DNA of 64,000 nucleotides from the human T2T-CHM13v2.0 reference genome, Homo sapiens, in assembly GCF_009914755.1 (NCBI RefSeq), contig NC_060945.1, one strand, 5' to 3'. The notes beneath the pieces were generated by a model. It did no database searches, had not been told where the DNA came from, and saw only the letters and a list, made by a program, of their open reading frames with translations. Made by a program: the position numbers and the translations under genes. How positions within the stretch are numbered: the stretch's first letter is position 1; the number at the start of each line of letters is the position of its first letter. Below are positions 13,022 to 25,076 of the stretch, piece after piece.

Positions 13022-13479
13022 TTTCACTCGCGTCCACGTGAAAAGACCGCTGAACAGGCTTTGTGTGAGCAACAAGGCTGTTTATTTCACCTGGGTGCAG
13101 GCGGGCTGAGTCCGACAAGAGTGTCAGTGAAGGGAGACAGGGGTGGGGCCATTTTATAAGATTTGCATAGGTAAAGGAAATTACAGTCAAAGAGGGGTTG
13201 TTCTCTGGTGGGCAGGAGTGGGGGTCACAAGGTGGTCATTGGGGGAGCTTTTTGAGCCAGGATGAGCCAGGAGAAGGAATTTCACAAGGTAATGTCATCA
13301 GTTAAGGCAAGGACTGGCCATTTTCACTTGTTTTGTGGTGGAATGTCATCAGTTAAGGCAGGAACAGGCCATTTAAATTTCACTTCTTTTGTGATTCTTC
13401 AGTTACTTCAGGCCATTTGCATGTATACGTGCAGGTCACAGGGGATATGATGGCTTAGCTGGGGCTCAGAGGCCTGACA
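13022..13479 (-). promoter_or_regulatory. HERV-H 3' LTR (LTR7)
   Basis: Minus strand reads TGTCAGGCC...GTGAAA; TATAAAA at 13152-13158; AATAAA at 13081-13086; PPT 'aagaagacaggaa' abuts at 13480-13492. Confidence 0.95.
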
Positions 13480-15453
13480 TTCCTGTCTTCTTATATTAAT
13501 AAGAAAAATTAAAATAGTGTTGAAGTGTTGGGGTGGCGAAAATTTTTGGGGGTGCTTTGGAGAGATAACAGGCGATGTTTCTCAGGGCTGCTTCGAGCGG
13601 GATTAGGGGTGGTGTGGGAACCTAGACTGGGAGAGATTAAGCTGAAGGAAGATTTTGTGGTAAGGGGTGATATTGTGGGGTTGTTAGAAGAAACATTTGT
13701 TGTATAGAATTATTGGTGATGGCCTGGATATGGTTTCGTATGAATTGAAAAAAGAACGGAATAAGACAATGAGAAAAACAGGTAGTAAAGGACTAAGAAT
13801 TCGGAGGACCTAGAACATCCAATTAGAGAGTGTCTAAGGAGGTTCAGCATAGCCCTGCCAGCAAAGATTATTTATTTACTTTAAGAGGGAGTTAAGAGTG
13901 GTGGTTTGGGGATAGCACCAGGAGATACCAGCTGTGATGGCTTGGAGAAACAGTGTAAACCGGCAGTGTAAACAAAAGCAGGGCATTTATGAGTAGTTGA
14001 GAAAGGTGAATAGGAGTATGACTAGACAGAAGATAGTAGGGATGACAAGTTTTTTTTTGGGGGGCTCAGTCCAAGTTGGTCTGGTGTCTGGAATGAGACT
14101 GGGGCCTAATAAAAAGGAGCGTCTATACAGGAGCTCAAATGGGCTGTACCTTGTAGCATTCTGAGGACAGGCCTGAATTCTGAGAAGGGCAAGTGGTAAA
14201 AGTATTGTCCAGTCTCTTTTAATTGATGGCTGAGCATGGTGAGGTGTGTTTTAAAAAGACCATTAGTTTACTGAATACTAAGAACCTGAGAAACTACTTG
14301 GGTGATTTGACTAATAAAGGCCGGTCTGCTATCGGACTGTATAGAGGTGGGAAGGCCAAACTGAGGAATTATGTCTGACAGAAGGGAAGAAATGACCGTG
14401 GTGGCCTTCTCAGACCCTGTGGGAAAGGCCTCTACCTATCCAGTGAAAGTGTCTACCTAGACCAAGAGGTATTTTAGTTTCCTGACTCAGGGCATGTTGA
14501 GTAAAGCTAATTTGCCAGTCCTGGGCAGGGGCAAATCCCCGAGCTTGATGTGTAGGGAAGGGAGGGGGCCTGAATAATCCCTGAAGAGTAGTAGAATAGC
14601 AGATAGAACACTGAGAAGTTATTTCCTTGAGGATAGATTTACACAATGGAAAGGAAATGAGAGGTTATAAGAGGCGGGCTAGTGGCTTGTACTATAGCAT
14701 AGCCTACCTTTGCTGGTGTGTGGCAATTAGGCCTGGTGGAACTGCCATCAATAAACCAAGTGTGATCAGGGTGAGGAACAGGAAAGAAGGAAATATGGGA
14801 AAATGGGGGTGAATGTCAGATGTATCAGAGAGATACAGTCAGGAGGGTCAGGTGTGGTATCAGGAATAATGTGGGAGGCTGGATTGAAGTCTGGGCCAGG
14901 AACAATGGTAATTGTGGGAGACTCAACAAAGAGTGAGTACAGCTGAAGGAGTCGGGGAGCAGAAAGTATATGTGTGAGGTGTGAGGAAGAAAACAGATTT
15001 TGGAAGTTATGAGAACTGTAGAGAGTGAGTTGAGCATAGTTTGTGATTTTGAGGGACTCTAAAAGTATTAGGGCAGCGGCGGCTGCCGCACGCAGACTTG
15101 AGGGCTAGGCTAAAACAGTAAGGTCAAGTTGTTTGGATAAAAAGGCTACAGGGCACGGTCCCAGTCCTTGTGTAAGAGTTCTGACTGCATAGCCCTGCAC
15201 TTCGGCTGTGGGTAATGAAAAGGGTTGGGATGAGTCAGGGAGAGCTGGGGTGGGGGCAGTCTCTAAAGCTGTCTTCAAGGAATGGAAAGAGAAGTGGGGA
15301 AAGGAATTAGGATCTATGGGGTCAGCTAGGTTTCCTTTTGTGAGTTTATATAATGGTTTTGTTAGGATGGCAAAACCAGATATCTAAAGTATCCAACCAC
15401 GCCTAGGAAGGAAAGGAGTTGTTGTTTTTTAGAAGGTGTTGGGGTTTGAGAGA

Positions 15454-16019
15454 TCAGTGGGACATGATCGGCAGGGAGAGCACGTGTGTTTTTATGAGAA
15501 TTATGCTGAGATAGGTAACAGATAAGGAAGAAATTTGGGCTTGACTGAAGTAATGGGAGCTGTCTGTGAAGCCTTGTGGCAGTACAGCCCAGGTAATTTG
15601 CTGAGCCTGATGGGTGTCAGGGTCAGTCCAAGTGAAAGCGAAGAGAGGCTGGGATGAAGGGTGCAAAGGAATAGTAAAGAAAGCATGTTTGAGATCCAGA
15701 ACAGAATAATGGGTTGTGGAGGGAGGTATTGAGGATAGGAGAGTATATGGGTTTGGCACCATTGGGTGGATAGGCAAAACAATTTGGTTGATAAGTTGCA
15801 GATCCTGAACTAACCTGTAAGCCTTGTCTGGATTTAGAACAGTAAAATAGGGGAATTGTAAGGGGAGTTTACAGGCTTTAAAAGGCCATGCTGTAGCAGG
15901 CGAGTGATAACAGTCTTTAATCCTTTTAAAGCATGGTGTGGGATGGGATATTGGTATTGAGTGGGGTAAGGGTGATTAGGTTTTAATGGGATGGTAAGGG
16001 GTGCATCATTTGTCACCAA
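15454..16019 (-). pseudogene. pol: HERV-H pol (reverse transcriptase) remnant, frameshifted and deleted
   Basis: Peptides QYPIP...LLQHGLLKPVNSPYNSPIL and VPNPYTLLSSIP...YSVLDLKHAFFTIPLHPSSQPLFAFTW...LPQGF; no YxDD motif in the frame. Confidence 0.9.
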
Positions 16020-16207
16020 GGAGGGAGTAGAGGTGTCCTATACTTATGGGTTAAGGTGGGGAGATAGAAGGGGATGATGTGAAGGAGGCTTTGAACTGGG
16101 GGAAAAGGCAGCAATGAGGTGTGGCTGTAGCCCAGGAATAGTCAGGGAAGCAGATAATTTAGTTGAAGTGTCTCGGCCTAATAAGGGAACTGGGCAGGTG
16201 GGGATAA

Positions 16208-16396
16208 TTAAAAGGAGTGCTTAAAAGAGTATTGTCTAAGTTGGCACCAAAGTTGGGGAGTTTTAAGAGGTTTAGAAGCCTGGCCGTCAATACCTACAAC
16301 AGTTATGGAGGCAAGGGAAACAGGCCCTTGAAAAGAAGGTAATGTGGAGTGGGTAGCCTCCGTATTGATTAAGAAGGGGACGGACTTACCTTCCAC
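16208..16396 (-). pseudogene. pro: HERV-H protease remnant
   Basis: FLINTEATHSTLP...VVGIDGQ; the catalytic DTG reads NTE. Confidence 0.85.
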
Positions 16397-16459
16397 TGTG
16401 AGAGTTACCTAGAGCATCTGTGATGGTCCTGTAGGCTTCTGAGGCAATCAGGCAGTGTC

Positions 16460-17560
16460 AGTCTTCAGCTGCTAAGCTGAGAAGATCAGGGAAGGAGTCA
16501 GTCAGAGAGCCTTGGGCCAGAGTTCCAGGGGCTCTGGAAGTGGCTGCCAGGTGAGTTGAACAGTCTGATTTTCAGTGGGGTCCTGCACAGATGGGACACA
16601 GCTTGGGAGGAATCCTGGGCTGTGGGCATTCCTTGGCCCAGTGGCCAGATTTCTGGCACTTGTAGCAAGCTCCTGGGGGAGGAGGTTCTGGAGGAACCCC
16701 TGGAAGCTGTGGTTCAGGCGTTTGGAGTTCTTGTGTGCTGGAGATGTGGCTGGGGTTTGTCTCACAGTGGAGGCAAGGAATTACAACTCAGAAATACATT
16801 GCTACTTGGCTGCCTCTACTCTATTATTGTACACCTTGAAGGGAGGTTAATTAACTCTTGTTGTGGGGTTTGAGGGCTGGAATTTAATTTTTGGAGTTTT
16901 ATTTAATGTCGGGAGCAGATTGGGTAATAAAATGTGTATTAAGAATAAGACGGCCTTTTGACCTTTTAGGGTCTAGGGCTGTAAAGTGTCTCAGGGTTGC
17001 TGCCAAACGAGTCATGAACTGGGCTGGATTTTTATATTTTATGAAAAAGAGCCTAAATGCTATCTGATTTGGGATAAAGAAAAAGGAGCATTAACCTTGA
17101 CTATGCCTTTAGCTCCAGCCACCTTCTTAAGAGGAAATTGCTGGGCAGGTCGGGGAGGGCTAGTCTCGGAACGAAACTGTAAGCCAGACCGGTGTGAGGA
17201 GGGGAGGTGATAAAAGGATTATAGGGTAGGGGAGCGGAGGCTGAGGAAGAATTGGGACCTAGCTCAGCCTGGCGAGGAGCAGCCTGGGGAGGAGGGGAGA
17301 GGTCAGATGGGTCTGTAGAAAAGGAAGACTGGAAAGAGGAAAGACTCAGCGACGCTTGGGGTTGGGACTGAGGGGACAGATGGGAGGGAAAGAAGGAAAA
17401 TTTGGACAAGTTGCATTGGGAACAGAGACTAGGGAGGGACCCATGTGTAAAAGAATGCCTGGACATCAGGCACCTCAGACCAGACCGTTTGCCTATTTTA
17501 TGACAAGAATTATTTAGATCTTATAGGATGGAAAAATCAAAAATGCCATTTTCTGGCTAT
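16460..17560 (-). pseudogene. gag: HERV-H gag remnant
   Basis: 16560-16673 translates GACYKCQKSGHWAKECPQPRIPPKLCPICAGPH*KSDC (two CCHC knuckles, second with a stop); Pro-rich region upstream; boundaries approximate. Confidence 0.8.
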
Positions 17561-18162
17561 TTGGAACCACTGTCGAGTTTGTACTGGGGTCAGGCAGCAT
17601 TGCAGAAGAAAATAAGGCGTTTAGGTTTTAGGTCAGGTGTGAGTTGAAGAGGTTTTAAGTCTTTGAGAACACAGGCTAAGGGAGAAGGAGGAATGGAGGG
17701 TGGAAGGTTGCCTATAGTGAAGAAGGCAAGTCCAGAGAAAAGAGAGGGTAGAGACATGGAGAGAAGGGGTGGGAGGTGCTTGCCCCCCAGGAAAGTGGAG
17801 AAGGGGTAGAGACATGGAGAGAAAGGGTTGAGGGGTTCTTGCACCCTAGAAAAGCGGTACTTGCCGCAAAGGGTGAAGGACCAAGGCAGGCGTCCCGGCG
17901 TGGTCAGACACCTTTGAAATGTGGGTGAATGATCAGGCAGGCATCCCTGCGTGATTAAACACAAAGGAAAGACTGTCTTCCCGAGTCTGTGAATGGTGCT
18001 GGAGTTTTGGGTCCACAGATAAAACGCATCTCCTGTCTTTACGAGAAAAGGAAAGAAACTGAAATTAAGAGAAGGGAGAGATTGAAGTGTGGCGCCAAGA
18101 TTGAAAGGAGAAAGAGATTGAGGGATAGTGAGAGAGGATGGAGAAGAGAGTAAAAAGAGGCC

Positions 18163-18171
18163 ACTTACCTG
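18163..18171 (-). promoter_or_regulatory. HERV-H leader major splice donor CAG|GTAAGT
   Basis: Plus strand 'acttacctg', ~145 nt downstream of the 5' LTR. Confidence 0.75.
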
Positions 18172-18294
18172 ATTTAAAATTGGTGTGATGTTCCTTGGAC
18201 TGGTTGGTCTGAGGACCCGAGGTCATAGGTGGATCTTTCTCATGGAGCAAAGAGCAGGAGGACAGGGGATTGATCTCCCAAGGGAGGTCCCCCA

Positions 18295-18312
18295 ATCCGA
18301 GTGACAGCAGCA
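18295..18312 (-). other. Primer-binding site, tRNA-His
   Basis: TGCTGCTGTCACTCGGAT matches TGGTGCCGTGACTCGGAT at 15/18, 2 nt from the 5' LTR. Confidence 0.85.
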
Positions 18313-18314
18313 AA

Positions 18315-18773
18315 TTTCACTCGTGTCCGTGTGAAGAGACCACCAAGCAGGCTTTGTGTGAGCAACAAGGCTGTTTATTTCACCTGGGTGCAGACGGGCT
18401 GAGTCTGAAAAGAAAGTCAGCCAAGGGAGATAGGGATGGGGCCATTTAATAAGATTTGGGTAGGTAAAGGAAAATTACAGTCAAAGGAGGTTGTTCTCTG
18501 GGGGGCAGGGGTGGGGGTCACAGGGTGCTCAGTGGGGGAGATTTTTGAGCCAGGATGAGCCAGGAGAAGGAATTTCACAAGGTAATGTCATCAGTTAAGG
18601 CAAGGACTGGCCATTTTCACTTGTTTTGTGGTGGAATGTCATCACTTAAGGCAGGAACAGGCCATTTAAGTTTCACTTTTTTTTGTGATTCTTCAATTAC
18701 GTCAGGCCATTTGCATGTATACGTGCAGGTTACAGGGGATATGATGGCTTAGCTTGGGCTCAGAGGCCGGACA
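18315..18773 (-). promoter_or_regulatory. HERV-H 5' LTR (LTR7)
   Basis: Direct repeat of 13022-13479 (~92% identical by hand count); followed by the PBS. Confidence 0.95.
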
Positions 18774-20374
18774 CTTTTGTATAAAGCTTATTTTTCTGAG
18801 GAGTGGTGAAGATTGTAATGATGGTCCCTTCTTGTACTCTTCCCCAGTTTTGCATGACAATTGGCTAGCAAATTTGTCAATATGGTGCAATTAGTCTTGA
18901 TCCTCATGAACAAATAAATGAGAAATAAAAAAGAATATTGAAATATAAATCCATAGACCATGCAAAACTGAGAACTATGGCCCATCCAGTGAGAGACCTA
19001 GATGCTACAGGACAGATGACAGTAGCTACCTAGTTGAGGGAAACTTCTATTCTGTGGAAAGAAAGTAAGAGTAGCCTTTAGGTGCCCAGTGATATTAATC
19101 CTAATCTGCCAATTACCAGTGACATGACCTTGAGAAAGACCCCCAAGTTTTCTGGATCTTCATTACATAAATGGCAAAAAAAAAAAAAAAAAGGATTTCT
19201 CAGATGACATTTCATTATAACACTCTGTGAATGGTTTTTATTAATTATATTCTTATAAGGTTTGTATATTTTGGTTTATAAGGAAAGATCTCATTTTTAT
19301 GTTATGCAATTAACCTAAGGAAATACATAAAGAAAGGAAGACACAGCCATAAACAGTTCTGAAGGGTCATTTCTGTACGTGTCTCTTCTGGATTCTTTAT
19401 AGATATATTTAAGAGAACAAAAAGAAAAGATCAAGAAGAAAACAAAGACCAATGTTATTTAGTTACACATCTTTCAGTGTCAAAGAATTATTTGACATCT
19501 TGAAGATATTTTTCGCTAGGATTCTTGATTGGTCAGAGAATGTTGTTAAATACAAGATTTTTCTGGGAAAAGAATGACTTTTATGATAATCAATGTTCTT
19601 TGTTCAATTCCTGGACAAAAATCTTAGCCCTTCAATAACGGGCTTTTCTAATTCTGTTTTGTAATTGCAGTAAAGCGTCTTGGAGGATTTATCTCTAGTG
19701 ATACAGGCCAGCAGTATGTGGCCTTTTCTTGAACCCGTCAGAACTGTGACTTTTCTTTGAACTCTTGGCTGCTTGGTGCTACTGACCTTGTTGCTCATTT
19801 ATAACTTGGGTGCCATTTATCACTCCCAGACTTACAGATATTGTTGTGGAAAGAGACTGAATGCAATCATTCATGCCATTGCCTCTTTCTGGTGGTGCCT
19901 TCCAGCTTCCTTCCTTACAGGATAACTGATAGGGAGAGATTAGTGACAAAGCTGTAATTCTATTGAGGGATTGTGATGTAACTGTATCATAAACCATGAA
20001 GTGAGACTCCAGAGATTTGAGATCACCAGAATGCTGAGATTAAGTTACAGCAGCCACAGTCAATCTCTGTCAATATGTGTTTTGTGAGGGTTTGTAATCT
20101 GCCTGTAAAATACTAGCTACCTGTAGAAAATTCCTCTTTTTATAGTATTGACTTTATATAATTTCTGCAATTTCAGAGCTTAAAAGAAATATTGATTTTT
20201 ATTTTTACAAATACATACAGACATTTTAAAGACCATTAAGAAAGCTTGCTCTGAGTTGGTAATGTATGTTTTAATTCTGTGAAACTTTTTGTTGGTTTCT
20301 CATATGCCACTTGAAATATTTAGGTTTTAATATTTTGAAATGAAATCTTTTATGTATGTATAAAATTTTAAAAA

Positions 20375-20557
20375 CTAATTTATTGAGGTGAAATCTACAT
20401 AATAAACGATTTTAAAGTAACAATTTAATGGCATTTCATGCATTCACAATGTAGTAGAACCATCACCCCATCTAGCTCCTAAACATTTCCATCACCCCAA
20501 GTTAAAACCTTGTACCCATTCAGCAGTTTCTTCCCACTTGTCCCTCTTCCTCATCCC
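20375..20557 (-). mobile_element. Old L1 (L1MB-like) 3'-end fragment
   Basis: 'tttattgaggtgaaat...cattcacaatgt...aacatttccatcacccc' is typical of an antisense L1M 3' UTR. Confidence 0.7.
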
Positions 20558-21249
20558 ATGTGTGAAATTTTCAAATTAAAAATAAATGAATTGACTTGAT
20601 ATTTTCTTTACTTAACACTTAAAAGGAATTAAAGACATTATGTTTGATTAATCGTTTCAGTAAACTTATGCCTCTAGCCACATTTTCATAAGCCATTTGT
20701 GGGGTGGGGCTTGACCAAGTAATACAAGTCTTTGGAGGTTTTAATAGATATGATGTATTACCTTTGCCAAAGAAACTGGAGATGCTAATATAAACAGATT
20801 TCCTTACTGGAGGATTTTTTGTAGAAACCTTTCATGTGTCAATGAACTCTCCTTCTCTCAAGTCTACAGCCACAGTGTACAGCACTTCCTGAATTAATTG
20901 CCTCTTTTTTCTGGAGTATTCTGAGTCTACTGCTAAGACTCATTCAATGTAAAAAAAAAATAATAATAATCTAGGCCTAATTATGATATTGTTGGAGGAT
21001 AGTACCAGGAAATAGGAGCTTTTTACTAAAGGGATTTAAGAAATCTGAATCTGACTTTTAAAACTAGTATTCACATTATATTCTTTGTTAAAAAGAGCAA
21101 AAGTCCTGAGATACAGGGTTTCTGAAATTTCATCTAGTAAATTAAAATAGTGGTTAATATTTTGTTTTTTTAATTTTGTTTTATATTATTTTATTTTATT
21201 TTTAGAGATAGGGTCTTGCGTGGTTGTGGTTAACATTTAAAAAACTTTC

Positions 21250-21590
21250 ATACATTATCTACATTTCTATCAGTAACCCTGAAAGCCAGGATTATTGTCC
21301 CAACTTTATGGATGGATAAACTGAAGTGCATGAGTAAATTAACTAACTACATCAAAATATCTTCCTCTAGGGTTAAATGATTTGCCCAATATCCATCCCA
21401 CAGTTCTAAATGGTGGAGTAATGATGTGGATTCAGATGCCTGTGCCTCCAAATCCTGCAGTCTTTCTTTGTACCCTGCAGCACTGCTGTGTAAGCATGAG
21501 TTTGGACTCTAGTTTTCTGGGACTTCGTTTTCATATTTATAAAAATGAAGAAACTGAATCTTCTCTAAGGTCTCTTCCAGGTTTGAAATT
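21250..21590. mobile_element. MIR fragments
   Basis: Core-like 'caactttatggatggataaactgaag' and 'ggttaaatgatttgccca'. Confidence 0.5.
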
Positions 21591-24500
21591 ATATCACTTA
21601 AACCCTGTACTATTTCCTAGTCTGTTTAGAGGCTTTAGAGAAAAAAAAAAATTCATATATCAAGAATCCCAAGATCTCAATAAAAAGGTTAAACTACATT
21701 CTTGAATAAGTGAACAATTACAACAGCTGACCTTTATGTAAACCTCCCAGAACTCAGAGTGAATTATAGAATCAAAGGAGGAATTCTGCTCCATTTTTAT
21801 AAATATAGTTAAGACCAACATAAATACATGACTTGGCTTAAACACTAGGAATTCTTAGACATAGGTTGAACTTGCAAAGAAGGTATGTGTGTGTTAGCCT
21901 CTGCCTGGCCATCCTTTATCAGATAAAGAGTTAATACTGGAGCCTAGGCCTGTGTTCAGGTGGGAGGGGAATATTAATATAAATCTACCACCTTTAGAAC
22001 AGCACAGTTGTTATTTTATTAGAGGAAAAGGTGAGAGTGAATAGATGTGGTCAAATGGATTTTGTTATTTTTTCCTTTCCTACCAATAAAATATATATTT
22101 TTTCTGTTTATAAAGACCAGGCTTTTTTCCTCTTTTTTAAAAAACCTACATCTCAATTCCCAAATTTTCCTTCTTTCTGATTGTGGTAAACCCTGTTAAA
22201 ATCACTGTATCATATACATATTACCACCTATGAAAAAGATTTTATAGCTTTATTTTCTGTGGTTTGTATTATTTATTCCTATGGAACTATGAAATACTTT
22301 TTGTGTGCTTTGGAAAATTTCAAATCTCATACTAAATACGGTTCTCAAACTATATATCTCCCTTTTCTTCATCTTTTACCCTGATATTCTGCTATCACCT
22401 CTCAGCCTTGTTCTATATTTCAAATTGTGGTTAAGTGAACTCCTTAGGCTATAAAGTAAAAGTTTTGTTCTCGCTTCATTTTCGTAAGAAGGACTCCTCT
22501 CCATTATTGAATGAGGAAGCTGAAAACAGGAATTCTGCCTAGGGGAGAGTTATCTGGTAATTAAATTTGCTGTAGGTTATCTGGATCATGAAAGGAAAGG
22601 GAATAAACCCTCAGCAGATTCTATTGTTTTCAATATTTATGGCTACTAAAAACAACAGACTGCTTTTGAAGACCCAAGTGGGCTTTAACTTCACATGTGA
22701 CTTTTATAATTATGAAGAGAATCATATTAAAAAAAATGGAAACTTCATAACTTTTCCCCAAATCCATTCTTAATCTTTTGATATTTAGCATTTGCTTTTG
22801 AGGCAATTGTCTTTTCTTCAGTAGTTAACTAGAGTAAGCCAGCTAAATTTTTCACTGCCAGTTTCTGTCCATAAAATAAAAACAGTCCTCCAAAATCACT
22901 TTCAAGAACTTTATGAACTCTCACATCTTCTTCATAATTTGTAATTTCACTTAGCAATCAATTTCCACTGTCAGATTTTTACAACTCCTGAGGAGAAACT
23001 GATAGACAGGTTCCATTAGGTGGTTGATATGATGAGCAGGAATGGAAGTTAGCATGAGGTGGAAAGGAAAGTTTCAGTGAAGTCTAATTGGTTAAGACAT
23101 AATATTTATGTTGAATTTATTTGTATGATGTGGCTTCATGACAGTGGTGGGCCAGAAAATAAATATACAGGTGTCACAGACCACTTTAAACACCATAGCC
23201 TTCTGGAAAAATAATTTTATGCACTATAGTTTGTTCTTTGTATTTGAACGTTTTTCTCCTAATAAAATTGATTTTCTTCTTAGATGTATCACCACCATCC
23301 AGATTAAGCATTTGATTCCATTTGTAAGCCTACCCACATTTATCCCTTGTCCATCCACAAAGAGAGAGACATGAGAAGTGAGTATAGAGTTAGCGTCACC
23401 TATAACTAGCTCTCCTAATATATCCCAGACAGCTTACTAACCATAGAATAGGTCAAATTCTTCCTATAGATAATCTTGGATATTGACCCTCCTGTCAATG
23501 GACAAGCGGCTGCTCAACAGCACCTGGAGGTCTATGAAATCCTCTTAGGAACATGTGGCTTGTTCTGACACAGCAAACAGATCTATGCAAGGACTCATAA
23601 AATCTGACTGATTTATCCTAGGCAAACACTAGGATATTGCCCCCTCTGGTCCATTCTATGTGGTGGGGGCACATAACAGGCTATTCTTGCTTTTCATCAG
23701 CGATGTTCATGGAAATTGTCATGACTTATTTCATTGTCAAAAAGATTGATTTTTCCCATAGGAACAACTGTAATAGGTGGTAGATGTTGTATTTCTGACC
23801 AAGGAAGGGAAAAGCATACAACTATAAAAGTCTGCAATAATTTAAACTAGCAAAATTGTGCTCAAATCCATAGACTGGGGAGGAATGCATTAAACATACC
23901 AGTTATATAAATAAAATTTTGTTATAAATTTGATATAGAAGTATAGTTGTGATAAACACTTAACTAAATGACTGTTTTATTTGCTTTCTTAGAAATTAGA
24001 ATGTTTTTGAAATGATTTGTTTTTTTTCATCTAGCTTTACAAGCTATCCAGGAAAACTGAGTCAATGTCTTATTTTTTCTTTCTACATATTTTTCTGAAG
24101 CAAGCAGATATGTTTTGCAAAAATAATTTACAGGTTGTATTTTATTTTATTATTTTTATTTTTGCCAAGCCTGTGTATCATTATGTATTGAGTGAGACTT
24201 CCAAGAGTGTCAAAATTGAATAGTTAGTGGTGAAATTTACCAAACGCAGTTAGCTGATGGACCCTGAGGGCCTCAAATAAAAATATCCAAGGAAAACCTC
24301 TTGAAGCGAACTTTTGTGTTTCTTCATGATGGATGTGTTCTTTGAGTATGGCATGTTCAGGTTTCCAGAGCCCTGTCTGAAGATGAGGAGACTTAAAGAG
24401 GCTACCAGGTTAATCCCTCCCTGTAGGCCTTGGCATTTCTTTCTCAGACCTCCTCGCAGTTGAGCATGTTGGCACCATCTCAATGCCTACTTCCTTCCCA

Positions 24501-25076
24501 CCTCAGGCTGGATTAGAGAGGATTCTCTGTGATAGACACTCATGAGCCACAGACATTCTTCTCTTCTGGTCCTTCACTGCCATACCTCTTTCTAACGCAG
24601 AAACATGTGTTCCTTGTCTAGGCCAAGAATCTGGCTTATTCAGTCAAATGTATGCATTCTAAAGAAAGAATTGGTACACAGTAAATGAAGTGGGAAGTGT
24701 GAGTTAGCTTCAGAGATCATTTTACATGTTAAGCACTGAAGCATGGAAAGAATGAATGTGAACTTAGAAGCCTGCGTGAAGGATAGGACACTAGCCTAGA
24801 ACTCAGGAAAGGTGTGCTACGGATGGTTCTGCCACTTATTTGCTGTGTATATTTGAGAAAGTGTTTAAGCTCACTGCATTGCAGTTTCTTAGCTGTAAAG
24901 AGAACCAACTTTAACATTCCCGATTGTATGTTTATAAATGAGGTTTGCCTTTATTCCTTTCTGCTATATCGGAACTAGCAAATACCAAACATACAGACCA
25001 AATAAATACATAGGAATATTCAATTAACATGCTCATCTTAACTAACTTATAAAATTCTATCTTGTTTATATCTAGT

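Larger units (their letters stand above)
13022..18773 (-). mobile_element. HERV-H provirus (LTR7-int-LTR7, ~5.75-kb internally deleted type)
   Basis: Two ~458-bp direct LTRs; perfect TSD CTTTT at 13017-13021 and 18774-18778; tRNA-His PBS; polypurine tract; gag/pro/pol remnants. Confidence 0.97.

Noticed and set aside
12999-13190. ORF containing SDSARLHPGEINSLVAHTKP, resembling the ESRG hypothetical protein
   Set aside because: Generic translation of the LTR7 R/U5 region shared by HERV-H copies; it does not identify ESRG.
13290-13372. Direct repeats 'aatgtcatcagttaaggca' resembling a repeat-spacer array
   Set aside because: Ordinary LTR7 U3 tandem repeats; two units, eukaryotic context, no cas genes.
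16502-17964. Several 60-124 aa ORFs on both strands in the HERV-H leader/gag
   Set aside because: Off-frame or antisense readings of decayed gag; the true gag frame has stops.
21170-21219. Short 'ttttagagatagggtcttgc' Alu-like stub
   Set aside because: Only ~20 informative bases; probably a truncated Alu/FLAM 3' end, too short to classify.
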